NCBI GenBank assembly: GCA_964187785.1
Contig: OZ076412.1
Span: 17,608,001 to 17,672,000, forward strand
Origin: Amphiscolops sp. MND2022
Lineage: Eukaryota
Length of the DNA: 64,000 nucleotides
Reading direction: 5' to 3'
Below are positions 50,601 to 63,656 of this stretch, piece by piece (position 1 is the stretch's first letter; the number at the start of each line of letters is the position of its first letter). The translations under genes were made by a program, and so were the position numbers. The notes below the pieces were generated by a model. The model searched no databases, was not told the origin of the DNA, and was given only the letters and a program-made list of their open reading frames with translations.

Positions 50601-52913
50601 TTGATTGATAAAATTTGTAAACAATACATTGCAATTTTATCATTTTTAATGTTACCATTGAGTGTTTTTGAGTTTCTTTACCTAAAACGGAAAAGTTTAC
50701 GACATGTTGTTCATTTTGAACTGTTTTTGGAAAACGGGCATCGCTTCGGGTTGTTTCGACACTGTTTTTAAGTTTTTCTTGAAAAAGTACTGAACATCTT
50801 TGAACCTGCCGGGACAGGCCCAAGTCGGCGCCATACCTAACACTCAAATTTACCAAAAGCACTTAGAGTGTCAAATATTCTTCTTTACCGTACCCGTGAA
50901 AACACAAAATCTGGAGCGCTGAAAGGGGGCATTTCAGATTTTTTAACATCCATTGTGTTGCAAAATACCTAAAAACTTGAAAAGCAGAAGTTCGAGAGGA
51001 AAACATTTCCAAAAAGGCTCAGAAGTTTGGAAAAACTGAAAGGGAGAACCGTTTCAACTCGTGCAGTTTTGTATGTTAAGCTAAAAAAGGAACAACTCTT
51101 ATAGGCCAGTTCCCTGGAGCAAAAGGTACAATTTGCCGCCTTAAAACTCAGTAGACTTTTTGGGAGAATTTTTTTGGTCAATTCAGGTGTACAGAAAAAA
51201 ACACTGACGAAAAACCATGACTAAGTCAACTCTTAAGAAAAGCGCAGACTAAAAAACCGGTGAAACGCTCAAACACTCTTTGTTTCAAACAATAATACAC
51301 GTATTTCATCATGCGAATATAAATATATATTTAAAAACGTGTTGTAGATGAGGGGACTAAAGACCTAGCGGTCCAACTATATTTTAAGGAGGTTTCTAGA
51401 ATTAAATTGGACATCCTGGTTATTAACAACATCGCATCAATAACCTCTTTCATATCATGAAAGCAACAGTTTCTTTTGAAATTTAAAAGCGGCCTCAGTG
51501 AGACGCTTGCCCGTACTTGATCTTTTTTCAACGCACAAGTGTGAGAGTAGCACTAAATTTTTGAATGGACGCCTGTGATTGGCTGAAATGATTTTGGACA
51601 GCTTGTTCGCAACGCCAAGCGAGAAGGCATTCGAATACTCTCCTTTCTAACCTGTACGTTTGGTGTCCAATATTAGCACTATACAGCTATAGGGACATCA
51701 TCTTCTAATCAAAAATTTACATGTTTGATGAAATAAAGTATGTAGCGGCTGCTTGCTCTTATCTTGCGCTGTGGCTTGACAAGCTTAACGCCGCCCTGAT
51801 CCGTTGCTTAGTACTGTGGACCGTTACTGAACAAATCCTGTTAAAAAAGTGTATCTTTTGATTGGTGGCTCCGATATGACCTGTAGGATCTCGCGGTGAT
51901 CCTCTTTGCTCATGTTTGGGCCTTCTGAAACCGTCACACACTTCCCTTCTTGAATCTTTACGCGCTCCTACTCTCCAACTATGAGAATAGCAACTTAGTC
52001 GCTATGACTTCTAGTGAAGTAGTGGAGATTGAGAAGTTGATTATTTAGTCTGGTGGCCCTGAGACCCAACTTGACTATAGCAATTCAGTCGTTCGAATAC
52101 TTATCTAATAATGGTACAAATCTAGTTTACAATTCTACAGTAAACATAGAGCAAACATAAGTGAATATAAATTAACGACATTTAGAGCATGAATTGAAGT
52201 TATTGGCAAAGTAAACAAACTATGTGGTGGTTTTCGCATGTTGGTTAGATGGGCTTGAAAGTATGTTTACAAAAAGTAAATATCCTTAATTTCATCAGAG
52301 TTGCATTCTAAAGTGGTCATATGCGTAAATAACAATGTTTACATTTTGGCTCAATGACCTTGAACACCACACATGTGAGGGGTAAAGGGGGTTTTAATGG
52401 AGGATGACCTCGAAATTTGGCCAGTGTGTTCGTGTTATGTTCCTGCATATGTGTGCTAAGTTTCATAGCTCTGTGGCCAACAGTCTACGCGAAAACCCAA
52501 TAAGGATTTGCAAAGTGAGACTTTTCTTCAAATTTTCATCCCAGTTTCTAAAAATTTCATTTTTATTTCTCAACCAGCATGTTCTCAATCAACTTTCTTT
52601 GCCTTGTGATGACTGGCGTCAACAAAATACCATCATAGGGGTACTAGTTCATCAAAAAACATTCCGGTTGAATTAAGACATTTCTGCCACCTAGTTCATG
52701 GGGATTGTTCACGGAAAAGCCCTGTAGTGGTTATAAGAGATAGACTACCAATTTCCCTTGCATGCGGCAGCCTGCGACAATCACTGATCCAGATACTTTT
52801 ACTGACACTTTCCGAATATACTGGGATATATATATATTTTGCGGAGCTTGAGTAGATTCTATCTACTGCTTATGAATCAATCATGAAAAGTTCCAAATGT
52901 GTGAGTAATTACC

Positions 52914-55708
52914 TGTCACACTCACCAAGATGTGATGGCTCCGTGGTGCAACTCTAGAAAGGAACAAGCAACGGTACCTCCTAAATAAACTCTTTCGAAC
53001 TCATGTGGACCCGTTGATAGTGTGTTTTCTTGTGCATTGTTTTCTTTAGAAAGTCATGTAAATATGATATTTATACTATATTTGCCATGAAAGATCTTTC
53101 ATTGTTGTGCTAACAAACCCTGTCTTCCCATTAAGAGTCCTTATGTTGATTAAACAATGAGTTATCTCGCCATCTAATAGTATAACTTGCAAGTTTCTGA
53201 CTCATCATCATCATCATCGTGATAATCTGCATTTTAGCATAGTACTATTATACGGTATTATGCGGATCAAGATGTGACGTATACTCGTCACTAAACGGTT
53301 TTGATAATACCATTATGCGGTATTATGCGTTTTGAGGTGAGATGTATATACGGCATTATACGTCTTTTATGATAACATTATGCGGCATCCTACGGTTCGA
53401 GTAAGAACGATTATACGTCATTATGCGGTTCTCGCAGGAATTATTGAATGATCCCAGGACGCGTTCTAATAGCATTTAGAAAGTGTTTCAGCCATATTTA
53501 GAAGTTATTTTGAGATATTTTCCAGGGTTTTGCAGTTTCTTGTCCATAACCACTTCCCATGATGTCATGTAAATGTGCTATTTTTATAATATGATGTCAT
53601 TTGACGCAATTCTATTTTTGTGCTGGTTTTCATGATGACTCTAATAAAAAGGGGTGTCATGATTTTTAAATATATTTCGTTTTGTAATATAATTGGAAGA
53701 ATTCATTCAAGATTTGTCTTCCACCAAAAGCAGTTGCTTTTCAAATGATTGTAAACCTCTTCGATTTCATCACTGTAAACTCTCCGATCTTGTTCTTTTG
53801 AGATATTAAAGTCAATTCAAATTCTTCCCCAAAAGCCAGAAAACATTTTCACTTGAGACGAGATGGGAAATAGACGAAATAGACGGTCCAGAAGACTAGA
53901 AACTCCTTCCCCAGAGAGAAGTGTAGAAAGGACCCAAGTAGAAACGCCAAATACAGGTAATATAACTTTAACTAATCCTGATACTGTTGTCCAAGAAAAT
54001 TTAGGTGAAAACAACATAGGAGAACAATTAGTCGAACCCAGTCAAATCAGCACTGAGATTCAAGCTTGGACCCAAATATTTGAACAAAAGAACAACGATA
54101 GAATAGAGAAAATGAGAGAAGAAATGGACAATAAACTTGAAACCATTCTCAGAGAAATAAAATCAAATAAAAGTGCTTCAATAGCAACAAACCCAAGGTC
54201 TGAAAATGAAGAATAACGAAACATGCAACCTACGGGATCCAAAGGATAGTGTGTTTGATAGTGTGTTGACTATCCACCGTTGATAGTGTGTTTTCTTGTG
54301 CATTGTTTTCTTTAGAAAGTCATGTAAATATGATATTTATACTATATTTGCCATGAAAGAACTTTCATTGTTGTGCTAACAAACCCTGTCTTCCCATTAA
54401 GAGTCCTTATGTTGATTAAACAATGAGTTATCTCGCCATCTAATAGTATAACTTGCAAGTTTCTGACTCATCATCATCATCATCGTGATAATCTGCATTT
54501 TAGCATAGTACTATTATACGGTATTATGCGGATCAAGATGTGACGTATACTCGTCACTAAACGGTTTTGATAATACCATTATGCGGTATTATGCGTTTTG
54601 AGGTGAGATGTATATACGGCATTATACGTCTTTTATGATAACATTATGCGGCATCCTACGGTTCGAGTAAGAACAATTATACGTCATTATGCGGTTCTCG
54701 CAGGAATTATTGAATGATCCCAGGACGCGTTCTAATAGCATTTAGAAAGTGTTTCAGCCATATTTAGAAGTTATTTTGAGATATTTTCCAGGGTTTTGCA
54801 GTTTCTTGTCCATAACCACTTCCCATGATGTCATGTAAATGTGCTATTTTTATAATATGATGTCATTTGACGCAATTCTATTTTTGTGCTGGTTTTCATG
54901 ATGACTCTAATAAAAAGGGGTGTCATGATTTTTAAATATATTTCGTTTTGTAATATAATTGGAAGAATTCATTCAAGATTTGTCTTCCACCAAAAGCAGT
55001 TGCTTTTCAAATGATTGTAAACCTCTTCGATTTCATCACTGTAAACTCTCCGATCTTGTTCTTTTGAGATATTAAAGTCAATTCAAATTCTTCCCCAAAA
55101 GCCAGAAAACATTTTCACTTGAGACGAGATGGGAAATAGACGAAATAGACGGTCCAGAAGACTAGAAACTCCTTCCCCAGAGAGAAGTGTAGAAAGGACC
55201 CAAGTAGAAACGCCAAATACAGGTAATATAACTTTAACTAATCCTGATACTGTTGTCCAAGAAAATTTAGGTGAAAACAACATAGGAGAACAATTAGTCG
55301 AACCCAGTCAAATCAGCACTGAGATTCAAGCTTGGACCCAAATATTTGAACAAAAGAACAACGATAGAATAGAGAAAATGAGAGAAGAAATGGACAATAA
55401 ACTTGAAACCATTCTCAGAGAAATAAAATCAAATAAAAGTGCTTCAATAGCAACAAACCCAAGGTCTGAAAATGATGAATAACGAAACATGCAACCTACG
55501 GGATCCAAAGGAAACAAGTCTATAGGAGTACACGCATCTAACAATGAAAATTCAGAAACTGAAGACGAAGATTCTCCTCTTAAGGCATCTAGAATGAAGG
55601 ATCTAAAACATCCTGCAAAGCCTTTGTTTCGAGCTGAATCTGATGTAGACGTAACTATCCATTCAGACGAAGAGTCTGATGCAGAGAGCCTAGACGAGGA
55701 TTATCACA
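52914..55708 (+). mobile_element. Solo LTR with 5-bp TSD TTACC and an internal 1266-bp tandem duplication
   Basis: TTACC (52909-52913) TGTCACA ... TATCACA (55708) TTACC (55709-55713). Duplicated units start at 53011 and 54277; only three differences were noticed over ~1.24 kb. Confidence 0.9.
55129..55708 (+). pseudogene. LTR-embedded gag-like N-terminal ORF (partial duplicate at 53863-54246)
   Basis: MGNRRNRRSRRLETPSPER...EKMREEMDNKLE... and MQPTGSK...EDYH are the same frame, split by one TAA (55480), and run exactly to the LTR end. Confidence 0.6.
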
Positions 55709-56003
55709 TTACCTATTCACTTTTTGTCGAAAAAAAGACACAACAAACCAGTCTTTTTTGAAGTCGATACTCTGAAACTTCCCAAATTGCTTTTAGCCTA
55801 ATCTAACTTACCGTCACCACAGCGTTTCAAAAATATGTCCTTGATTGCCTTAATCTCAGGAAATCTTTTCACTCCAATCCTCTGTAATGAATTATGCCTG
55901 AATTATGAATTGTATCTTATGTTGAAGTCATGTTAATACATCTGAAACATTGTACATTAATCTTGCACATTAAACATTATGTTACCGGTATTTGAATGAT
56001 TGT

Positions 56004-56997
56004 CCGGGTTGTCCATAATTACCCTCCATGGATATCCTAGTAAGATCTTGGCAAGATCTTGCCAAGATCTTAGAAAAATCTTAGCTAAGATCTTGTCCAG
56101 AATAGCATTGTAAGTTTTTATCAAGAGAGCCATGTTCCCATGATAAACTTTATTGTAAAATCCTATTTGGGGCAGAAACGATTTGAAAGTAAGTCAGCAA
56201 AAATATACATCTATGCAGATTTACATTGTTAGACATGACACTTTTCTGCAAGGTATAAAATTTCACTTAAGAGTGCATAAGCTGTATATTTAGAGAGGCA
56301 GTGATTAAATTGTTCTATCAATAGCAAAACTGTCGCCAATAACTGCTTCAGATGAGCCTCGAGCTGAATCATTACCCAAAACGGGACAATGACCACTGTT
56401 TCCAGCAGTAGTAGGACTACTGAAACAGGCTCAAAAAAAGCTGGAGATATGAATTTTAAAAATTTTCCGGATTTCTAATAATTCCCTGTGTAACTTTCCG
56501 ATAGTGGCTCTGTACGTTTAAGAGCATTTTTCTCCGTGTCTGGAATCGACAGGAGTGATACATTACGAGTCCCTAAAATGATCTTCCATTTGTTACATTG
56601 ACATCTTTCAGTCTTAAGCAGGTGAGGAGTTATAGGTTTCTTGTCAGAATTGTTGAAGCCAGAATACGTTATCGTTATTTTTTCGCACATTTTTGCTTGC
56701 AAATTCATTTCAGCGGGTTGAAGCATTTTGATTATGAAAACCAGTAGAAATAGTCATTGTTGGATGGAACTAGCCTTTAGATAGAGTCTCGGCTGCTTGT
56801 ACCGAAGATATAGTGTTTTTTTTTATTCTTGAAATTTTGTCCATCGTGATAAGATACGATCTTGGAATAATGTATTATCGTAGTAAGATCTTATTAAGAA
56901 TCTTGCCAATCGTGGGTTCCATGGTTGCCAAGATGTAGTAAGAATTTGGCAAGATCGTGCCAAGACAGCCAAGATGCTAGTAAGAGGGTCAACCCGG
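56004..56997. mobile_element. MITE-like element with short TIRs and AAGATCTTG subterminal repeats
   Basis: CCGGGTTGTCC at 56004 and GGTCAACCCGG ending 56997 are inverted; inverted arrays of CAAGATCTTG-type motifs at ~56040-56100 and ~56845-56980. Confidence 0.55.
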
Positions 56998-58045
56998 GTG
57001 TTCTTATTAGAAGTTGACTTATAAAATTCGACTCGTAAATTTAGTCTGCGAAGCCTCGCAGCGTTAAAATGTGTCGCACATCGAAGATGTTTTTGTGTCC
57101 CGTAGGCACTCTCGCGGAGAAAGTGTCCTAAACGGAACAAAATTCAGCTCCATAAGTAGAAGGTTTTTTGAGCATTAGCACAGTAGTAGTTACCGACTAT
57201 AAAACAAGAGACATTACACATTTTCAAAGGAGATTTAGCAACCGAATTGCAGCTGAATATAGCAGCAATCACAGTAAAGTGGCCAAAATTACCAACTTTG
57301 GAAGATTGTTTTGGTACAAAGGAACACTAATACAACACTTATGTTATGACTAACCGCAGTGGACACGCATGACTTTGTCAACGTTTCTCCGAAATAGTGA
57401 TTGTACCCTAATGATTTCTTGCTGCGAGATGCTACCCAACTGTTCGAGCCTGAAACGAGACGAAATTTCTCTCAAACGAAAACCTTCTCTCCTAACAACC
57501 AAAAGTCATTGACGTCGAGACTAAACGTGTAATAGAATGTACACACCAGGGGTTTAACAAGTTGAAAGAAAAAAAGACTGCTTCTCTTTTACACAGTGTC
57601 CATTGACTGCCGGAAGATATCCATTGGCAAGTTTACGATTTCCAAATGTTAGAAAACACATTTAAGAGAGAAAGCAACTATTGGAGCAAAACCTAATAAA
57701 ACCGTTATAAATCCCGTTATAATACCAAACGTTCCAGGGCTTTGGATGTATCAGTATATCAAAAAAAAACTTGAAGCGTAGTGTGCAAGTACCTGAAGCG
57801 TCGCAACATAATAAGATACAATTGAGCAACACAGCTGGTTTCTAACAAAAAGCCCGCTATAGCTGGTTTTCTAACAAAGCACCCGTATAGTTTCCGCTAA
57901 AGTAACGATTCAGTCCAGGTTCGAAACCACGACTTCGTGTATGCCAAGCGGTATCAACAGTGCCATGGTGACGTGCAGTTAAGTGGAGTTCAAGTAACTG
58001 AAATAGTCAAGTACCTATATAAAATAGTCAAGTAATGGATGGAGA

Positions 58046-59000
58046 TTGTGGAGATTTGGGAGAATTTCGGATAAAACCGCGATATTATTATATTCCTCCC
58101 CCATTATTGGTGGGAAAATAGCAGATTATGCTTTTTTCTTTACCATTATATGTGGGCGGAAAGAAAGAAATCAATGTTCATATCAAGCAGCAAAAAGAGT
58201 GTTCAATGTCAGAAAGATTCGAGAAGAAGTTCAAAGTGCTCCGGAAAGTGCAATAGGTTTAATCAAGTGTCTTGGGATGTCAATGGAGCTTGGCAATTCC
58301 AGCTTTGGTTCTCCTATACAAGACGATTATCGTCCCACAGCTTCTATATGCATCGCCAATATGGTTTGGGAAATATCGAAATACTGTACTAAGAATACAA
58401 AATCATTTCATCCCAACAATCTTTCGACATAGATTCACTCTTATCGTCTGCACAGATGAAACTTTGTTGGAAATACCACGAATTGACCTAAACATCAATA
58501 CCATCGAAGTTAAATTTGTTATCAAGGTCATAAAAGTCAAGGACTTGGTGAGTAATACACACTCACACTTCAGCTACAATCGAAGAAGTAAAACTGTAGC
58601 ATTAGAAACCAAATTCTTCGAGTTTAGAAAGTTACTCTGAAGCTCTGACTGATTACAACAAACGAGAAATAGACCAATTCATCAAACATAATTGGATAAA
58701 GTGATGGAGCACCTTACAGAACAAAGGGCTCTTGCAGCATCTACCCGACACGCATCCACAGATGAACACCTGTTACCCTGTGATAATTGGAGATCCTTAC
58801 ATTGCGAACATAATCTGCGAGTTAGTTATTGGGAACTCTTTTGCTTTCGCCGAATATGCCTGGTAGATGTGGAAATGCGAGTCACCAATGTGTACCTGTG
58901 GAAAGTCTGGAAACAATCTTCACCACTTCTTCTTTTCTGCTCATTTCATGACGAGAAACGCAAAGACGTACGGAGACTAAATCTAATGATGAAGACTGAT
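58046..59000 (+). pseudogene. 3' fragment of a non-LTR retrotransposon (LINE) ORF2: RT C-terminus and CCHC knuckle
   Basis: LVLLYKTIIVPQLLYASPIW, LLEIPRIDL and SPMCTCGK..ETxHH..F.C in broken frames. Confidence 0.7.
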
Positions 59001-61059
59001 TGTGAAAAGCTCCGAAACTACCTTTGAATGCAAATAAACTGAACATCAACAGAATCACCAACAGCTAATATTAATACCCTCCCGCAAGTTTATTATTTAT
59101 TCAGATATTGACTTCCAGAGGTACGGAAGAGACCAAGACCTGAACAAAAGGGCTTGCGGCGTCAATAGCCTCGATTTTTGACGTCGAATCATTAGATTCG
59201 AAGAACAACCTCGAATCTAAGCGAACAACCAATGTCGAATTTTTGTCGAAGTTATGTCGAACTATTCCTGTTTGTTTCAGATCAAAATGGCTGATAATAC
59301 CGCTACTAACTACGCCAAACAAGCCTGTCCTCACCTAATATGAGATCATATACGGTGTATGCACGTTCGCCTTCACCGTCACAGAGACCAGCTATGCGGA
59401 CGGGAATAACGTATAAGCAAAAAGTCTAAATTCAAAACGGGAATAAAGTCTAAAATTAAATCATTTTTCACGAATAACGTCGAAAGGTTCAGAGGTTTTC
59501 CCGTTTTTTTAGACGTTATTCTTGTTTTTATAGACGTTATTCCCGAAAATAAAAACTTCAAAAAATTGGTTTAAAAACTATCGGAGTTGAAAACTGACTG
59601 TTTTTTAGACTACATGGCAGAATTCAAAATCATCGAAGGCCGACGTAAGAGCGCAGTTGTGTACATCTGCAAAAACAGACTTGTTGAAAGCGAAAAAATC
59701 ATTTTGTGAGGCATATGCTGTGTATGCACGCTCGTTTTCACCGTAGCAAAGACCAGCTCCAACTACGATCGCTTCGCGATCTCCGTTCCCGCTAGATCTT
59801 TGCTCATGTTTGACCTCGCTTAGCAAGCTGGGAACATAAACGGCCTCAGAGGGACGAAGGGCACTAGAGGAAATGGGACATATCCGAGACACGTTTTATA
59901 CTTCGAATCACTTTGTAGCTTTAGATCTTGATTGACTTGGATTTTCTCAATTTTAGACGTTTTTCCGTTTCTTCGACGTATTTTATTGATTTTTGGACGT
60001 TTTAGACGTTTTTCCCAATTTTAAACAATATCCTCCTGTTCTTAGGACGTATTGTGATAGTTTTTTGATAGTTTGGACTTTTTCTGATTTAGACGCTTCC
60101 CGATGTTAGACATTATTCCTCTTTTCAGGCGTTGTTCCCTAATATTTCAGTTTTAATGTTATTCTTTTAGACGTTTTTGCCGGTAGATCTTTAGACGTCA
60201 TTCCTCAGACGTTATTCCCTCCTCGAACCAGCTGCCACTACGATTGCTTCGCGATCTCCGTTCCCGCTAGGTCTTTGCTCCTGGTCGACCTCGCTAAGCA
60301 AGATAAGGAACATAGGAGGCCATAAAGGGCCGCGGGGCACTAGAGGAAATGGATGCATATCCAAGAGCCAAAAACATTTTTCTTTGCGACGCAAATGTAT
60401 TTTTGGCGATTTACCACTTGCATCGAAGCAATTACTTCGACAAATGCCTTTCGACAATGGGACTTCGACGCTAGGACGACGCTTCAAATTCGACGCTCGA
60501 AATTCGACCGTATTATGGCACCTTGAATAAAAGGGCGGTTGTGAATAATGTCTAAATTGAAAACAAGAGTAATATCTAAATTTGAATCAATTTTTGAGAA
60601 TAACGTGCAAAGGTTTAGACAATCCCGTTTTTTAGACGTTATTCCCAGTTTTTAGACGGTATTCCCGAAAATGAAAACTTCTAATTAATTGATTTAAAAA
60701 AGTATCTGAATAATAAATTTTGAACAAAACCGGGAATATTATCTAACAGAGTATTATCTAAAACCCTATGATTGGTTTGAACAGCCCTATTCATGTTAAT
60801 TGGAGTGATTTGAATAGTTTAGATTTCATTCCATTAGATACTACCAGAAAACCCGTCAGTCCAAAGGACAGCAAACTTGCTCTTCTGAAGTAACATTTTG
60901 TGTTTTGCGATAAACTGTTATAAACTACTCCATTTTTTGAAAATTCAATTATCAAAAACTTCCACATCATCGTGTCTACAGAAACGTTAGAATTTTTATC
61001 TACATCGGTGTGAAGTGAAAAAATTTTTGCCAACTCGAAAAATTGTAGGTCAGGTCCAA

Positions 61060-62370
61060 TTCTTAAGTTATCTTTGATCTCGTAGATCTTCCGAAGATTC
61101 TTGCATGACCTTTGAGCTCGGAAATTTTCCGAAGAACTTTGGAGGAGCTTTGATCTCGGTGATCACTGAATGACCTTTGGAGAATCTTTGATCTCGCAGA
61201 TCCTTTAACAATCTTTGATCTAAATCATCTTCCGAAGGTCTTCGATTGATCTTTGATCTCGAAGATATTTGAATGATATTTGATCTCGAATATGTTCCAA
61301 AGATCTTTGAATGATAATTGTTCTCGAGGAACTTCGGAAGATCCTTGGAGAGATTTTATCTCAAAGACCTTCCGAAGACCCTTAAATGATGTGTTTTATG
61401 GAATATCTTCCGAAGGTGCTTGATTGATCTTTGATCTCGAAGATCCTTGAATGATCTTTACCTCGAAAACCATCTGAAGGTCTTTGACTGATCTTCGATT
61501 TCGAAGATCCCTGAACGATCTTTGATCTCGACGATCTTGGGAATGATCTTCAATCTCGATTATACAAAAATCCTCGAATGATGATTGACCTCAAAGATCG
61601 TCCGAAAGTCCTTGCGTGATCTTTGATCTCGGAAATAGTCTGAAGATCTTTGGAGGAGCTTTGATTTTGGCGATCACTCAATGACCTTTGGCGAAGCTTT
61701 GATCTGGAAGATCCTTTAACAAACTTTGATCTCAATCATCTTCCGACGGTCCTCAATTTATTTTTGATTTCGAAGATCCTTGAAAGATCTTTGATCTCTA
61801 CGATCTTGGGAATGATCTTTAAACTCGATTATCCAAAAATCCTCGAAGATGTTTGACCTCGAAGATTTGCCGAAGGTCCTTGGAGGACTTTTAATCTCGA
61901 AGACACTCCATAGTTCCTCGAGTGATCTGTGACATGAAAGGTCTGCCGAAGTTCCTTGATTGATCTTTGATCTAGAAGATCCTTGAATGATCTTTGATCT
62001 CGAAGATCTTCGGAAGGTTCTTGAATGATCTTTCCGACGATCCTTGAATGATTTCTACCAGCGCAGATCTTTCGAAGATCCTTGAAAGAACTTTGACCTC
62101 GAAGACCTTCCGAAGATCCTCGAATGAACTGTGATATGAAAGATCTTCCAAAGTTCCTTGATTGATAGTTGATCTCAAAGATCCTTGCATGATTTCCACC
62201 AGCAATATCTTCCGAAGATCCTTGTATGATATTTGTTTGTTCTCGAAGATCTTCCGAAGATCCTTGGAGGACCCTGAATGATGTTCGATCTCGAAGACTT
62301 TACGAAAATCCTTGAATGATCTTTGATCTCGAAGCGCTTCCGAAGATCCTCGAATGATCTGTGATATGGA
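61060..62370. repeat. Degenerate GATC-rich minisatellite (~38-bp consensus TGATCTTTGATCTCGAAGATCTTCCGAAGATCCTTGAA), resuming at ~62980-63250
   Basis: Recurrent GATCTTTGATCTCGAAGATC units; higher-order duplications (~61140 vs ~61652; ~61530 vs ~61800). Confidence 0.85.
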
Positions 62371-63456
62371 GGCGGTGGTGTATTTTCGGATCGAATTTTT
62401 GTGTGAGTGAAAAGCGAGATCGAAAATGGATCGAAAGTTTTAAGAGTGAATTGTCCCGTTTTTGCAAGTTTTTACTCAGCGTTTAAAATATTTTAGGTAC
62501 TTTTTGGTGTATGCACGCTGGCCCTCACCGTCGCAAAGACCAGAACCCACTACGATCGCTTCGCGATCTCCGTTCTCGTTAGGTCTTTGCTCCTGGTCGA
62601 CCACGCTAAGCAAGATAGGAACATAGGAGGCCATTGAGGGCCGCGGGGCACTAGAGGAAATGGATGCATATCCAAGGGCCAAAAACATTTTTATTTGCGA
62701 CGCAATTGTATTTTTGGCGATTTACCAAACTGTTTGACCTCTCTTAGCAAGATGAGAACATAAGCAGCCCCAAGGGGTTGCAGGGCACTAGAGGAAATGA
62801 GCATATCCGACACTCAAAAACATTATTATTTGAAAACGCTATGTGTTTGAAAACCTTGATTCGATCTCATTATCGTTGACTTTTTTACTTCAATCTCAGT
62901 GACAGTATGCATATACGCGCAAATTCATTCGATCCAAACGCCCACCGCCATGGACGATTGTCCGCAGTTCGTTGATTGATCTGTGATTTCGAAGATCCTT
63001 TAATAAATTTTACCAGTAAGGGTCTTCGAAAGAATTTTCAATGAGCGTTGATTTCAAAGATCTTGCGAAGAGCCTTGAAAAATCTAAGACAATTTTCTGA
63101 AGATCCTTTAATGATACTTGTTCTCCAAGTTCTTCCGATGATCCTTGCTTGATCTATGATCTCCAAGCCTTGCGAGGCTCCTTGCAAGATCTTTGGTCTC
63201 GATGGTCTCCCGATTGTTGTTCTTCCGAAGATCCTTGAATGACAACTTCAACGGCATTTCTTTAGTTTTGATTTTGACAGTCGTGCCAATCGAATGAGTT
63301 CGAAGGTCATTTGGTTGACAGTTGATCTTTTTTTTTCTCAAGGTCAATTTTTCAACATCGTCGTTTGCTTGACATGTCAGTTTTCAAGAAGATATTTTGG
63401 TTGACACTCCAATTGTTACATAATTTACTGTCATAATGTTGCTCGATTCTCGGCTA

Positions 63457-63656
63457 NNNNNNNNNNNNNNNNNNNNNNNNNNNNNNNNNNNNNNNNNNNN
63501 NNNNNNNNNNNNNNNNNNNNNNNNNNNNNNNNNNNNNNNNNNNNNNNNNNNNNNNNNNNNNNNNNNNNNNNNNNNNNNNNNNNNNNNNNNNNNNNNNNNN
63601 NNNNNNNNNNNNNNNNNNNNNNNNNNNNNNNNNNNNNNNNNNNNNNNNNNNNNNNN
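63457..63656. other. Assembly gap (200 N)
   Basis: Exactly 200 N; the round number suggests a placeholder scaffold gap. Confidence 0.99.

Noticed and set aside
56475-56726. 83-aa ORF inside the MITE-like element
   Set aside because: Short, TTG-started, no transposase or other motif recognised.
61060-62370. CRISPR array or coding repeat (ORFs 61550-61735, 61972-62205)
   Set aside because: Continuous degenerate tandem repeat without unique spacers; the ORFs are by-products of the repeat.
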